A stretch of 64,000 bases of DNA from Myxococcota bacterium. Lineage in GTDB: Bacteria > Myxococcota_A > UBA9160 > UBA6930. The notes beneath the pieces were generated by a model. The model did not search any database, was not told where the DNA came from, and saw only the letters and a list, made by a program, of their open reading frames with translations. Where the stretch lies: assembly GCA_030065975.1 (NCBI GenBank), contig JASJCN010000008.1:1047-65046 (forward strand), read 5' to 3'. Of the stretch, positions 17,904 through 27,957 are shown one piece after another (position 1 is the first letter of the stretch; each line of letters begins with the position of its first letter). Made by a program: the position numbers and the translations under genes.

Positions 17904-18470
17904 ATGACCGGGACCCATGGGCCGGGCGCGAACCTCGGGCTCCCGCCCGATCGGGTCACGCTGCTCGACCACGATCCGGACTGGGCCGCGGCCTTCGAGC
18001 GCGATGCCCACGAGATCCGGGCGGCCCTCGAAGGAATCCTGCTCGACGTGCAGCACATCGGGAGCACGGCCGTCCCCGGGCTCCCGGCCAAGCCCATCCT
18101 CGACATCGCCGTCGCACTCTCGCGCGCCGAGGACGGGACGCGCTGCATAGAGCCCCTCGCGGCGCTCGCCTACCAGTACGTGGGTGACACGGGCGCCTTC
18201 GGCGGGCACCTGTTCCAGCGCGTGGCCGAGCGCGACGGCGAGACGGTCACCACCCACCATCTCCACGCGGTGGCCCGGGACGATCCCCAGTGGATCGGCT
18301 ACCTGACCCTGCGCGACCACCTGCGCAGCAGCCCCGCGGCGCGCGACGCCTATCGGGCAAGGAAGCTCGACCTCGCGGCGCGCCACCCGGACGACCGCCA
18401 GGCCTACCTCGAAGGCAAGACCCGCGTGATCCTCGAGCTGATCGCCGAAGGGCTGAAGGAGAAGCCATGA
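17904..18470 (+). CDS. GrpB family protein
   Basis: HIGSTAVPGLPAKPILDI and later His motifs typical of GrpB/DUF98. Confidence 0.85.
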   Translation: MTGTHGPGANLGLPPDRVTLLDHDPDWAAAFERDAHEIRAALEGILLDVQHIGSTAVPGLPAKPILDIAVALSRAEDGTRCIEPLAALAYQYVGDTGAFGGHLFQRVAERDGETVTTHHLHAVARDDPQWIGYLTLRDHLRSSPAARDAYRARKLDLAARHPDDRQAYLEGKTRVILELIAEGLKEKP

Positions 18471-18949
18471 ACGACTTCGCAACGACCGCACAGGCCTTCG
18501 TCGAGATGGCCCACCGGATCGTCTGGTGCAGCGCGGCCACGGTGGATGCCAAGGGACGCCCGCGCTCCCGGGTGCTGCACCCGATCTGGCGCTTCTCCGG
18601 GGAGCGCCTCGAGGGCTTCATCGGGACCGGCCCGACGAAGGTCAAGCGCGCCCACCTGGAGGCGAGCCCCTTCGTCTCGCTCAACTACTGGGATCCGAGC
18701 CAGGACACCTGCGTCGCCGAGTGCGCCGCGAGCTGGGCCTTCGACGACGAGACCTGCACCGAGATCTGGAACGCCTACAAGGAGGCGCCACCGCCGGTCG
18801 GCTACGACCCGGCCATGATCCCGGTCTGGGAGCAGCCAACGGACGAGAGCTTCGCCGTGCTCCGGCTCGAGCCGTGGCGGCTGCGCGTATTCCCGGGCTC
18901 GGTGCTGATGGGCCAGGGTGGCGACGTGCTCACCTGGCAGGCGCGCTGA
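18467..18949 (+). CDS. pyridoxamine 5'-phosphate oxidase-fold (PPOX-class, possibly F420/FMN-binding) protein
   Basis: Family-like N-terminal segment (WCSAATVDAKGRPRSRVLHP) and size. ATGA overlap with the GrpB gene. Confidence 0.7.
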   Translation: MNDFATTAQAFVEMAHRIVWCSAATVDAKGRPRSRVLHPIWRFSGERLEGFIGTGPTKVKRAHLEASPFVSLNYWDPSQDTCVAECAASWAFDDETCTEIWNAYKEAPPPVGYDPAMIPVWEQPTDESFAVLRLEPWRLRVFPGSVLMGQGGDVLTWQAR

Positions 18950-19413
18950 TCCTGGAGCGGCCGATCCGCGGCTTCCATCGCGACGACGAGGGGCACTTCG
19001 TGGCCGAGCTCTCGTGCGGACACGGCCAGCACCTGCGTCACGACCCGCCCTTCGTCGAGCGCGAATGGGTGCTCGACCCGCGGGAGCGGGAGCGGCGCCT
19101 GGGCTCGATGCTCGACTGCCCGGGCTGCGACCGGGCCGAGATTCCCGAGGGCTATGCGCCGGCCAGCCGCACGAGGGAGTTCGACCAGGACACGATCCCC
19201 GAGGCCCTGAAGCGCGACCACGACACCAAGCCCGGCGTCTGGGGCGTGATCCACGTGAGCGAAGGACGCCTCGCCTATCGCGTCCGCCCTCCCCTCGAGA
19301 GCCACCGGGAGGTCGCCGCAGGCGATACGGCGGTGGTGGTGCCGGAGGTCCTCCACAGCGTCGAGGCGCTCGGCCCGGTGCGCTTCCACGTGGAGTTCCT
19401 GCGTCGCAGCTGA
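18946..19413 (+). CDS. DUF3565-DUF1971 fusion protein (TehB N-terminal-like); start codon uncertain
   Basis: RGFHRDDEGHFVAELSCGHGQHLRHDPPF matches the DUF3565 signature. The C-terminal half resembles DUF1971. No canonical start lies near the conserved N-terminus (CTG 18946 or GTG about 18872). Confidence 0.65.
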   Translation: MILERPIRGFHRDDEGHFVAELSCGHGQHLRHDPPFVEREWVLDPRERERRLGSMLDCPGCDRAEIPEGYAPASRTREFDQDTIPEALKRDHDTKPGVWGVIHVSEGRLAYRVRPPLESHREVAAGDTAVVVPEVLHSVEALGPVRFHVEFLRRS

Positions 19414-19491
19414 CGCCGCGTTGGGCGCAGGCTGCCCGGCGCCGGCCGCGGACCGGACGCGAGGCCTCCCCCGGTCTGTATCCTGTGCGCC

Positions 19492-20034
19492 ATGCCTCCT
19501 CGCATCGTCTGCGTCGCCAGCAGCCCGGTACACGAGTTCCAGAAGGAGCCGCTCGAGGCGATCCGCCTGCTCGAGGGCCTCGGTGTGGAGGGCGACGCCC
19601 ACCTCGGCGAGACGGTGCAGCACCGCTCGCGGGTGGCGCGCGACCCGAGCCAGCCGAACCTGCGCCAGGTCCACCTGATCCACGCGGAGCTCCACGACGA
19701 GCTGCGCGCCGCGGGCTTCGACGTGGGCTCGGCCGAGATGGGCGAGAACGTGACGACCCGTGACGTCGAGCTGCTGGCGCTCCCGCGCGGCACGCGCCTG
19801 CGTCTCGGCGAACGGGCGGTCGTGGAGATCACGGGCCTACGCAACCCGTGCAAGCAGCTCGACGGACTCGCGCCGGGGCTGATGGCCGCCACCCTCGAGC
19901 GCGACGGCGACGGCAAGCTCGTGCGCAAGGCGGGGGTGATGGGCATCGTGATCAACGGCGGCGAGGTTCGCGTCGGAGACGCCATCGGGATCGAGCTCCC
20001 GCCCGAGCCCCACCAGCCGCTCGAGCCCGTCTGA
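19492..20034 (+). CDS. MOSC domain-containing protein
   Basis: GLGVEGDAH ... VHLIHAELHDEL ... GENVTT ... EITGLRNPC pattern of MOSC proteins. Confidence 0.85.
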   Translation: MPPRIVCVASSPVHEFQKEPLEAIRLLEGLGVEGDAHLGETVQHRSRVARDPSQPNLRQVHLIHAELHDELRAAGFDVGSAEMGENVTTRDVELLALPRGTRLRLGERAVVEITGLRNPCKQLDGLAPGLMAATLERDGDGKLVRKAGVMGIVINGGEVRVGDAIGIELPPEPHQPLEPV

Positions 20035-20037
20035 GCC

Positions 20038-20502
20038 GTGGCGAGCCTCGCGGCGTTCGAGCGGGACGCTCCGGAGTTCGCGGCGGCCGCCCGCCGCCTG
20101 ATGATCGGGGACGACGGCATCGCCATCGCCTTCCTCGCGACGGTCTCGGGGGGCGGCGAGCCGCACCTGGGCCCCGTCTGTCCGATCTTCGGCGAGGCTG
20201 CGCTCTACCTCTCGGCGGGGAAGCGGACGCCCAAGGTGCGCGACCTGCGCGACTCCGGGCGCTACGTCCTCCACGCGTTCCTCGCCGCCAACGACGAGGA
20301 GCTGCAGCTGGCCGGCGCGGCGCAGGAGGTGGCGGACGCCGACGAGCGCGCGGCCGCCCAGGCCGCAATCCCCTTCCCGGCCTTCGACGCGACCGACCCG
20401 ATCTTCCGCTTCGACTTCGAGCGCGCTCTCTGGGTGTACTGGGAGCGCGTCGGCCAGCCCGATACGAAGGCGGTGCGGCGTCGCTGGGTCGAGAGCCGCT
20501 AG
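20038..20502 (+). CDS. pyridoxamine 5'-phosphate oxidase-like FMN/F420-binding fold protein
   Basis: Size and split-barrel-like sequence. GTG start 3 nt after the MOSC stop. Confidence 0.6.
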   Translation: MASLAAFERDAPEFAAAARRLMIGDDGIAIAFLATVSGGGEPHLGPVCPIFGEAALYLSAGKRTPKVRDLRDSGRYVLHAFLAANDEELQLAGAAQEVADADERAAAQAAIPFPAFDATDPIFRFDFERALWVYWERVGQPDTKAVRRRWVESR

Positions 20503-20511
20503 AGGAGTGCC

Positions 20512-20925
20512 ATGTCTGCCGAGCGCGTCGCCGGAGTCAACGAGTTCGCCCGGGATCGCCATCCGGGGATGGTCGGCGTGGAGGTGCTCCACGTCGACAA
20601 GGACGAGGTGCGCGGCCGCGTCCCCGTAAAGCGCGAGCTGGTCGCCGGCACGGGCTTCCTGTGGGCGCCGGTCGTCATCACCCTGGCCGACTGGCTCTGC
20701 GCCGTCGGCATCGGCGAGCATCTGCCCGAGGGCGCCGGCTTCACGACCATCGAGATCAAGACCAACTTCCTCGGCACCGTGCGCGAGGGCGGCGCCATCG
20801 CCGGGCGCGCCTGGCCCGTCCACACCGGCCGCACGACCCACGTCTGGGACGTCGAGGTCCGCGACGAGTCGAACGACCGAGTGATCGCCCTCTTCCGCTG
20901 CACCCAGATGATCCTCCGAAAGTAG
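20512..20925 (+). CDS. PaaI-family hotdog-fold thioesterase
   Basis: Pattern GVEVLHVDKDEVRGRVPV ... TIEIKTNFL ... GRTTHVWDVEV. AGGAG RBS. Confidence 0.88.
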   Translation: MSAERVAGVNEFARDRHPGMVGVEVLHVDKDEVRGRVPVKRELVAGTGFLWAPVVITLADWLCAVGIGEHLPEGAGFTTIEIKTNFLGTVREGGAIAGRAWPVHTGRTTHVWDVEVRDESNDRVIALFRCTQMILRK

Positions 20926-20928
20926 GAA

Positions 20929-20966
20929 GGGGACGGTCCTTGCCCTCCGGGGCAAGGCCCGTCCCC
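20929..20966. terminator. 17-bp-stem hairpin between convergent genes (candidate bidirectional terminator)
   Basis: GGGGACGGTCCTTGCCC-TCCG-GGGCAAGGCCCGTCCCC pairs 16 of 17. It lies between the thioesterase stop (20925) and the symporter stop (20978). No clear U-tract. Confidence 0.55.
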
Positions 20967-20977
20967 ACCCCTTGGGG

Positions 20978-22669
20978 TCAGTCGTCTTGGCTGGGGAGGC
21001 GGATCTCGGTGACCAGGGCCTGGACCTCTTGGGGGGGTGGGGGCGTCATCGCGGTGACGGCGAGGGTCACGGCGAAGTTGATCAGCATGCCGAGGGAGCC
21101 GATGCCCTCGGGGCTGATGCCGAACCACCAGTCCTCGGGCCCGCCATACCCGAGGATCTTGAACCAGAGGATGTAGCCGGCGGTGAAGGCGATCCCGACG
21201 AGCATGCCCGCGATGGCGCCCTCGCGGGTCACCCGTTTCGAGAACACGCCGAGCACGAGTACCGGGAAGAAGCTCGCTGCCGCCAGACCGAAGGCGAACG
21301 CCACCACCGCCGCGACGTAGTCGGGCGGATTGATTCCGAAATAGCCGGCGACCAGCACGGCGGCGCCGGCCGAGACGCGCGCAATCGTGAGCTCGCGATC
21401 GTCGGTGATGCGCGCCCCCATCCACGACTTCACGAGGTCGTGGGACACGGAGCTCGAGATCACGAGCAGGAGCCCCGCGGCCGTGGAGAGCGCCGCCGCG
21501 AGCCCACCCGCCGCCACCAGCGCCACCACCCAGGCGGGGAGCTCGGCGATCTCGGGGTTGGCGAGCACCATGATGTCGCGGTCGATCTCGAGCTCGCGAG
21601 TGGCCGGGTCCTCGCCGTACTGGATGCGCCCGTCGCCGTTGCGGTCCTCGAAGCGGATCAGGCCGGTCTGCTCCCAGCTCGTGAACCAGGCGGGCACCTC
21701 GGCGATGGGGCGATCGTGGAGGGTCTGGATCAGGTTCACCCGGGCGAAGGCGGCCACGGCCGGGGCCGTGGTGTAGAGCAGCGCGATGAAGATCAGCGCC
21801 CACATCACGCTCCAGCGCGCGAGGCGTGCGCTCTTCACCGTGTAGAAGCGGATCAGCACGTGGGGCAGGCCGGCCGTCCCGACCATCAGCGCCAGGGTGA
21901 TGGCGAGCACGTCGATCATCGACTTCTTGCCCGCCACGAAGGCCGCGGTGTACTCGGGCAGGCCGAGCTCGCGGTGGATGCCGTCGATCGCCTCGAGCAG
22001 GAAGACGCCAGCGCGCTCGCCCTCCACCAGCGCGCCCCCGAAGCCGAGCTGGGGGATCGGGCTGCCCGTCATCTTGAGTGAGATCGCCACCGCCGGGATC
22101 AGGTACGCGACGATCAGCACGCAGTACTGGGCCACCTGCGTGTAGGTGATCCCGCGCATGCCCCCGAGCGTCGCGTAGAGGAACACGATCCCCATCCCGA
22201 TGTAGACGCCGGTGTCGATCTCGACCTCGAGGAAGCGCGAGAACACGACGCCCACGCCGCGCATCTGGCCGGCGATGTAGGTGAACGAGACGAAGATCGC
22301 GCACACCACCGCCACGACCCGGGCCGTCTGGGAGTAGAAGCGATCGCCCACGAACTCGGGGATCGTGAACTTGCCGTACTTCCGCAGGTAGGGCGCGAGC
22401 AGCAGCGCCAGCAGCACGTAGCCGCCCGTCCAGCCCATCAGGTAGATGGCGCCGTCGTAGCCCATGAACGAGATCAGCCCGGCCATGGAGATGAACGAAG
22501 CCGCGCTCATCCAGTCGGCCCCGGTCGCCATCCCGTTGGCGACCGGATGCACGCCCCGGCCCGCGACGTAGAAGCCCTGGGTGGTCCGCACCCGGCTCCA
22601 GATCGCGATCCCGATGTAGAGCGCGAAGGTCGCCGCGACGATGACGTAGGTCCAGGCCTGGATGCTCAT
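20978..22669 (-). CDS. sodium:solute symporter large subunit (ActP/VC_2705-like SSS family)
   Basis: 563 aa, about 13 TM. N-terminal FYVAGRGVHPVANGMATGADWMSAASFISMAG is typical of acetate/cation symporter-like SSS proteins. Confidence 0.9.
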   Translation of the reverse strand: MSIQAWTYVIVAATFALYIGIAIWSRVRTTQGFYVAGRGVHPVANGMATGADWMSAASFISMAGLISFMGYDGAIYLMGWTGGYVLLALLLAPYLRKYGKFTIPEFVGDRFYSQTARVVAVVCAIFVSFTYIAGQMRGVGVVFSRFLEVEIDTGVYIGMGIVFLYATLGGMRGITYTQVAQYCVLIVAYLIPAVAISLKMTGSPIPQLGFGGALVEGERAGVFLLEAIDGIHRELGLPEYTAAFVAGKKSMIDVLAITLALMVGTAGLPHVLIRFYTVKSARLARWSVMWALIFIALLYTTAPAVAAFARVNLIQTLHDRPIAEVPAWFTSWEQTGLIRFEDRNGDGRIQYGEDPATRELEIDRDIMVLANPEIAELPAWVVALVAAGGLAAALSTAAGLLLVISSSVSHDLVKSWMGARITDDRELTIARVSAGAAVLVAGYFGINPPDYVAAVVAFAFGLAAASFFPVLVLGVFSKRVTREGAIAGMLVGIAFTAGYILWFKILGYGGPEDWWFGISPEGIGSLGMLINFAVTLAVTAMTPPPPQEVQALVTEIRLPSQDD

Positions 22670-22678
22670 CCCGCCGGC

Positions 22679-22969
22679 CTAGCGCCCTTCGCCGCCCTGC
22701 GCGTCCGGGCCCTGCCCCGACGGACGCCGCCGCTCCAGGCGATCCATCGCGAGCGCGTAGACCAGTACCAGGACGACGAAGACGAGGATCGCGCCCTGCT
22801 GGGAGAACCAGAACCCGAGCGGGAAGCCCCCGAGACGGATCTCGTTGAGGGGCACCACGAGCAGGATGCCGAGGCCGAAGGAGACGGCGAACCAGATGGC
22901 GAGCAGCACCGCCAGGAGCCGCAGGTTGGCGCGCCAGTAGCTCGCTTCGCGGGACTCCTCGCCCTTCAT
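22679..22969 (-). CDS. DUF4212 small subunit of solute:sodium symporter
   Basis: YWRANLRLLAVLLAIWFAVSF ... FPLGFWFSQQGAILVFVVL signature. Sits directly upstream of the SSS large subunit. Confidence 0.85.
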   Translation of the reverse strand: MKGEESREASYWRANLRLLAVLLAIWFAVSFGLGILLVVPLNEIRLGGFPLGFWFSQQGAILVFVVLVLVYALAMDRLERRRPSGQGPDAQGGEGR

Positions 22970-24006
22970 GCGGCGGGGTCCAGGAGGACCTTCATCACGC
23001 CGTCGCGCCGGTGGGCGAAGAGATCGTAGGCGGCCCCGCCCTCGGACAGCCCCATGTGGTGGGTGAACACGACCTCCGGCGAGAGCCGGCCCGCCGCCAC
23101 GAGCGGTACGAGGAAGGGCCACAGCTCGGGGATGGGACACACCCCGATGCGGAACGTGATGCCCTTCATCAAGGCCAACGCCATGTTGAAGGGGAAGACG
23201 GGGTTCACGTTCACGCCGACGACGCTCACGAATCCGCCGGGGCGCACGATCTCGACGGCGCTCTGGATCGCGCCGTCGGAGCCCACCGCCTCGATCACCG
23301 CGTTCGGCCCGATCCCGCCGGTGGCCTCGAGCAGACGCTCGCGCCCGTCGCCCGAGACGTCGCAGGGAATCGCTCCCAGCTCCTCGGCCTGCTTCAGCCG
23401 GTGGGGCACGCTGTCGAGCGCGAACACCCGGGCCGGGCCGAAGAGCTGGGCGCACAGGATCGACATGATGCCGACCGGCCCGGTGCCGACGACGGCCACG
23501 TCCTGGCCGGGCTGGATCTCGGCCCCCCGCGCCCCGAAGTAGCCGGTGGGGAGGATGTCGGTGAGCAGCACGGCCTGCTCGGCGCTCACGCCCTCGGGAA
23601 TCCGCTTCAGCACGAGGTCCGCGCCGGGGACGGCGACCGCCTCGGCCTGGCCTCCGTCGAGCCCCTGGTTCGTACCGAAGACCCGGCTCTGCCCGCGCTC
23701 GCAGATCGTGACCGAGCCGCGCCGGCAGGGCGCGCAGCTCCCACAGCCGTGGGCACCCGAGACCAGCACGCGGTCGCCGCTTCGGAAGTCGTGTACGCCG
23801 CTCCCGGTCTCCGCCACCTCGCCGATGAACTCGTGGCCGATGCTGAAGCCACCCTCGGCGGCCAGGTGCCCGTGGTAGATGTGGAGGTCGGAGCCGCAGA
23901 TGGCGGTCCGCTCGACCTTGACGACGCAGCCGTCGGTGGGCGGAGTCGGGTCGGGGACCGTGTCGCAGCGAACGTCTTCGGGCCCGTGGTAGACCAGTGC
24001 GCGCAT
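22966..24006 (-). CDS. zinc-dependent alcohol dehydrogenase family protein
   Basis: GHEFIGEV zinc motif, structural-zinc Cys cluster (CGSCAPCRRG) and GTGPVG Rossmann motif. ATGA overlap with the DUF4212 gene. Confidence 0.9.
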   Translation of the reverse strand: MRALVYHGPEDVRCDTVPDPTPPTDGCVVKVERTAICGSDLHIYHGHLAAEGGFSIGHEFIGEVAETGSGVHDFRSGDRVLVSGAHGCGSCAPCRRGSVTICERGQSRVFGTNQGLDGGQAEAVAVPGADLVLKRIPEGVSAEQAVLLTDILPTGYFGARGAEIQPGQDVAVVGTGPVGIMSILCAQLFGPARVFALDSVPHRLKQAEELGAIPCDVSGDGRERLLEATGGIGPNAVIEAVGSDGAIQSAVEIVRPGGFVSVVGVNVNPVFPFNMALALMKGITFRIGVCPIPELWPFLVPLVAAGRLSPEVVFTHHMGLSEGGAAYDLFAHRRDGVMKVLLDPAA

Positions 24007-24056
24007 GGCGACACGCTACCGCAACTGGTCCGCGAAGCGGCGGCGCGGGGGACCGC

Positions 24057-24674
24057 CTAGAGGACCTCGTCGATCAGGACCTCGATGCCCTCTTCCCCAG
24101 GCAGGTGCCCTTCGCTCGAGCCCTGGAGATCCCCCGGGTTGCGCGTCATCGCGTTTCCGTCCGCGTCGATCCGGGCGTTGATGGTGAACGGCCCCTCGAA
24201 GGGGAACTGCGCGATCATCCGATCCTCGGGCCCCAGCGAGAAGGTGAGCGGGAAGCTCGCGCCGTCGATCTTCTTGGCCGCGGTGGGCGGCATGCCGGGC
24301 TGGGTCCGCGCGAACACGAACAGGGTGGCGCCGGGCGGAATCCGCGAGGCGAGCTCGTCCGATACGCGCACCGTCCCGAGCATGGGCTCGGCGTCGTCGC
24401 CGGGGACGGCTCCCGCCGTGCCGGCCCCTCCTGCAGCCCCGGCAGGTCGGGCCGCCGCGCTGCCGCGGGTGCCCGGCGGCGGCTCGGGCATCTGCACCGC
24501 ACCGCCGGGCGCACCCGACGCATCCGCCTGGGCGCCCTCGGGGAAGATGCGCGAGAGGTCCGGAGCCTCGACGGCCTCCTCGGAATAGTCCTCCACGTTG
24601 CGGTGGCAGCCGGCGGAAAGGACCAGGAGCGCGCCGACCGAGACGGCGAGGAGCGGACGGACGAGGTGCTTCAT
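24057..24674 (-). CDS. lipoprotein, function unknown
   Basis: Signal peptide with lipobox LSAGC, a low-complexity Ala/Gly/Pro linker, then a globular C-terminal domain. Confidence 0.65.
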   Translation of the reverse strand: MKHLVRPLLAVSVGALLVLSAGCHRNVEDYSEEAVEAPDLSRIFPEGAQADASGAPGGAVQMPEPPPGTRGSAAARPAGAAGGAGTAGAVPGDDAEPMLGTVRVSDELASRIPPGATLFVFARTQPGMPPTAAKKIDGASFPLTFSLGPEDRMIAQFPFEGPFTINARIDADGNAMTRNPGDLQGSSEGHLPGEEGIEVLIDEVL

Positions 24675-24732
24675 GGCCGGATCCTAGCCGGCGGAGCGAC
24701 CCACGCGCCGCCTCCGCGCTATGATCCGCAGG

Positions 24733-24832
24733 AGCCTAGGGGTGGCCCGAATTCGCCGAATCCACCAGATCGGTGAAGGGCCTGAGAGAAGACCCTCGGA
24801 ACCTGATCTCGTTCGCGCGAGCGTAGGAAAGG
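24733..24832 (+). promoter_or_regulatory. TPP (THI-box) riboswitch
   Basis: CCUAGGGGUG ... CCUGAGAGAAGACCCUCGGAACCUGAUC ... GCGUAGGAAAGG matches the conserved THI element (GGGGUG, CUGAGA, ACCC, AACCUGAUC, GCGUAGGAA). About 95 nt upstream of thiC. Confidence 0.9.
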
Positions 24833-24927
24833 CTCTCCGCACCGGGCGCCGGCCCGGAGGCCGCGGAGCTCCTCCCACCCGTCGCGCTCTTCGATCGAGA
24901 CGGACGCCGGGGTAGACAGGAGCCCGC

Positions 24928-26673
<1,746 letters not shown>

Positions 26674-26749
26674 GCCCGGGGCCGCGGGCGCAAACGCCGG
26701 CGCTGGACGGAACGTCCGAGGCCACCGAGCATCTGAACCCCGAAAGCAG

Positions 26750-26779
26750 ATCGCCCCGGAGCGTGAGCCCCGGGGCGAT
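26750..26779 (+). terminator. 10-bp GC-rich hairpin downstream of thiC (weak terminator candidate)
   Basis: ATCGCCCCGG-(10 nt)-CCGGGGCGAT, about 75 nt after the thiC stop. No U-tract. Confidence 0.35.
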
Positions 26780-26886
26780 GCGACCTCGAGCTTTGGCCCC
26801 CCCTGCCTCCACTCGGATCTGATATCCAACGTTTCGGGCGCGGGGCCGCCAGGCTTGAGCACTTTTTGCCGTTGGGGTGCCTACCC

Positions 26887-27957
26887 ATGAGTGCGCAGCT
26901 CGTCCTGAACGACACCAACCTGCCGGATTACTTGAGGAACCTCGGCCTCTTCGAGGCCTTCGAGGAGGTCCAGGTCGAGAAGGCGGGGGACGGGAACATC
27001 AACTGGGTCCGGAGAGCCTCTTCCCGGGCGGTCGCAGGCGGCGAATCGCTGGAGGGAAAGAGCTACGTCATCAAGCAGGCCCGGCCGGCCCTCGAGCGCT
27101 TCCCGGAGTATCAGGCGCCCACGGAGCGGCTGGTCTTCGAGGCCCGCTACTACGAGCTGGCCCGCGCCTTCGACCACGACCACGTCTGCCCGGCGATCCA
27201 CGGCTTCGACTCGGACAACCGGGTGCTGGTGCTCGAGGACCTGGGCAGCGCCGAGCGTCTCGACGTCCGCCTCGCCCGCGGTGCCGCGAGCCCGGTCACG
27301 GCGGCAAGGCTGGCGGCGTTCCTCGGGCGCGTCCACGCCGGGACCCGCGACGACCCGAGCCTGTCCGCCCGCTTCGAGAACGGCCCGATGCGCGAGCTCC
27401 ACGGCGAGCACATCTTCCGGCTCCCGCTCCAGGCCAACGACTTCCCGCTGCCGACTGCAACCCGCGCCCGCGCCGACGCGCTGGCCGGAGACGAGGCGCT
27501 GGTGCGGACCGCCGAGGCCGCGTATGCGCGCTACGGCGAGCCGCGCGGCGCGCTCGTCCACGGGGACGTGCAGGCAGGCAACGTGCTGCTCCCCGAAGAG
27601 GAGCAGCCGAAGCTGCTCGATGCCGAGATCGCCCACGTGGGCGACCCGGCCTTCGACCTCGCGACCCTGGTGGCGCACCTGGCCTTGCCGCGCGTCGCGG
27701 CCGGCGATGCCGCCGCGTCGAGCGAGTCGGTGGAGACCGCCTGGGACGCTTACGCGGAGGCCCACGGCAAGGCGGCGCTGTGCGACTTCCCCGACGTGGC
27801 GCGCTACGCCGGGCTCGAGATGCTGAGGCGCACCATCGGCGCGGCGCGCGTACCCTGCGTCGAGAGCGACGAGGCGGGTCTGCGCGTCATCGACGCGGCC
27901 CTTTGCTGGATCCTCACTCCGCCCGAGCGGGCTTCGGAGCTTCTGGCTCGACGCTGA
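26887..27957 (+). CDS. APH-fold phosphotransferase, S-methyl-5-thioribose kinase (MtnK)-like
   Basis: GDGNINWVRR near the N-terminus and a HGDVQAGNVL catalytic-loop-like segment. Confidence 0.7.
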   Translation: MSAQLVLNDTNLPDYLRNLGLFEAFEEVQVEKAGDGNINWVRRASSRAVAGGESLEGKSYVIKQARPALERFPEYQAPTERLVFEARYYELARAFDHDHVCPAIHGFDSDNRVLVLEDLGSAERLDVRLARGAASPVTAARLAAFLGRVHAGTRDDPSLSARFENGPMRELHGEHIFRLPLQANDFPLPTATRARADALAGDEALVRTAEAAYARYGEPRGALVHGDVQAGNVLLPEEEQPKLLDAEIAHVGDPAFDLATLVAHLALPRVAAGDAAASSESVETAWDAYAEAHGKAALCDFPDVARYAGLEMLRRTIGAARVPCVESDEAGLRVIDAALCWILTPPERASELLARR

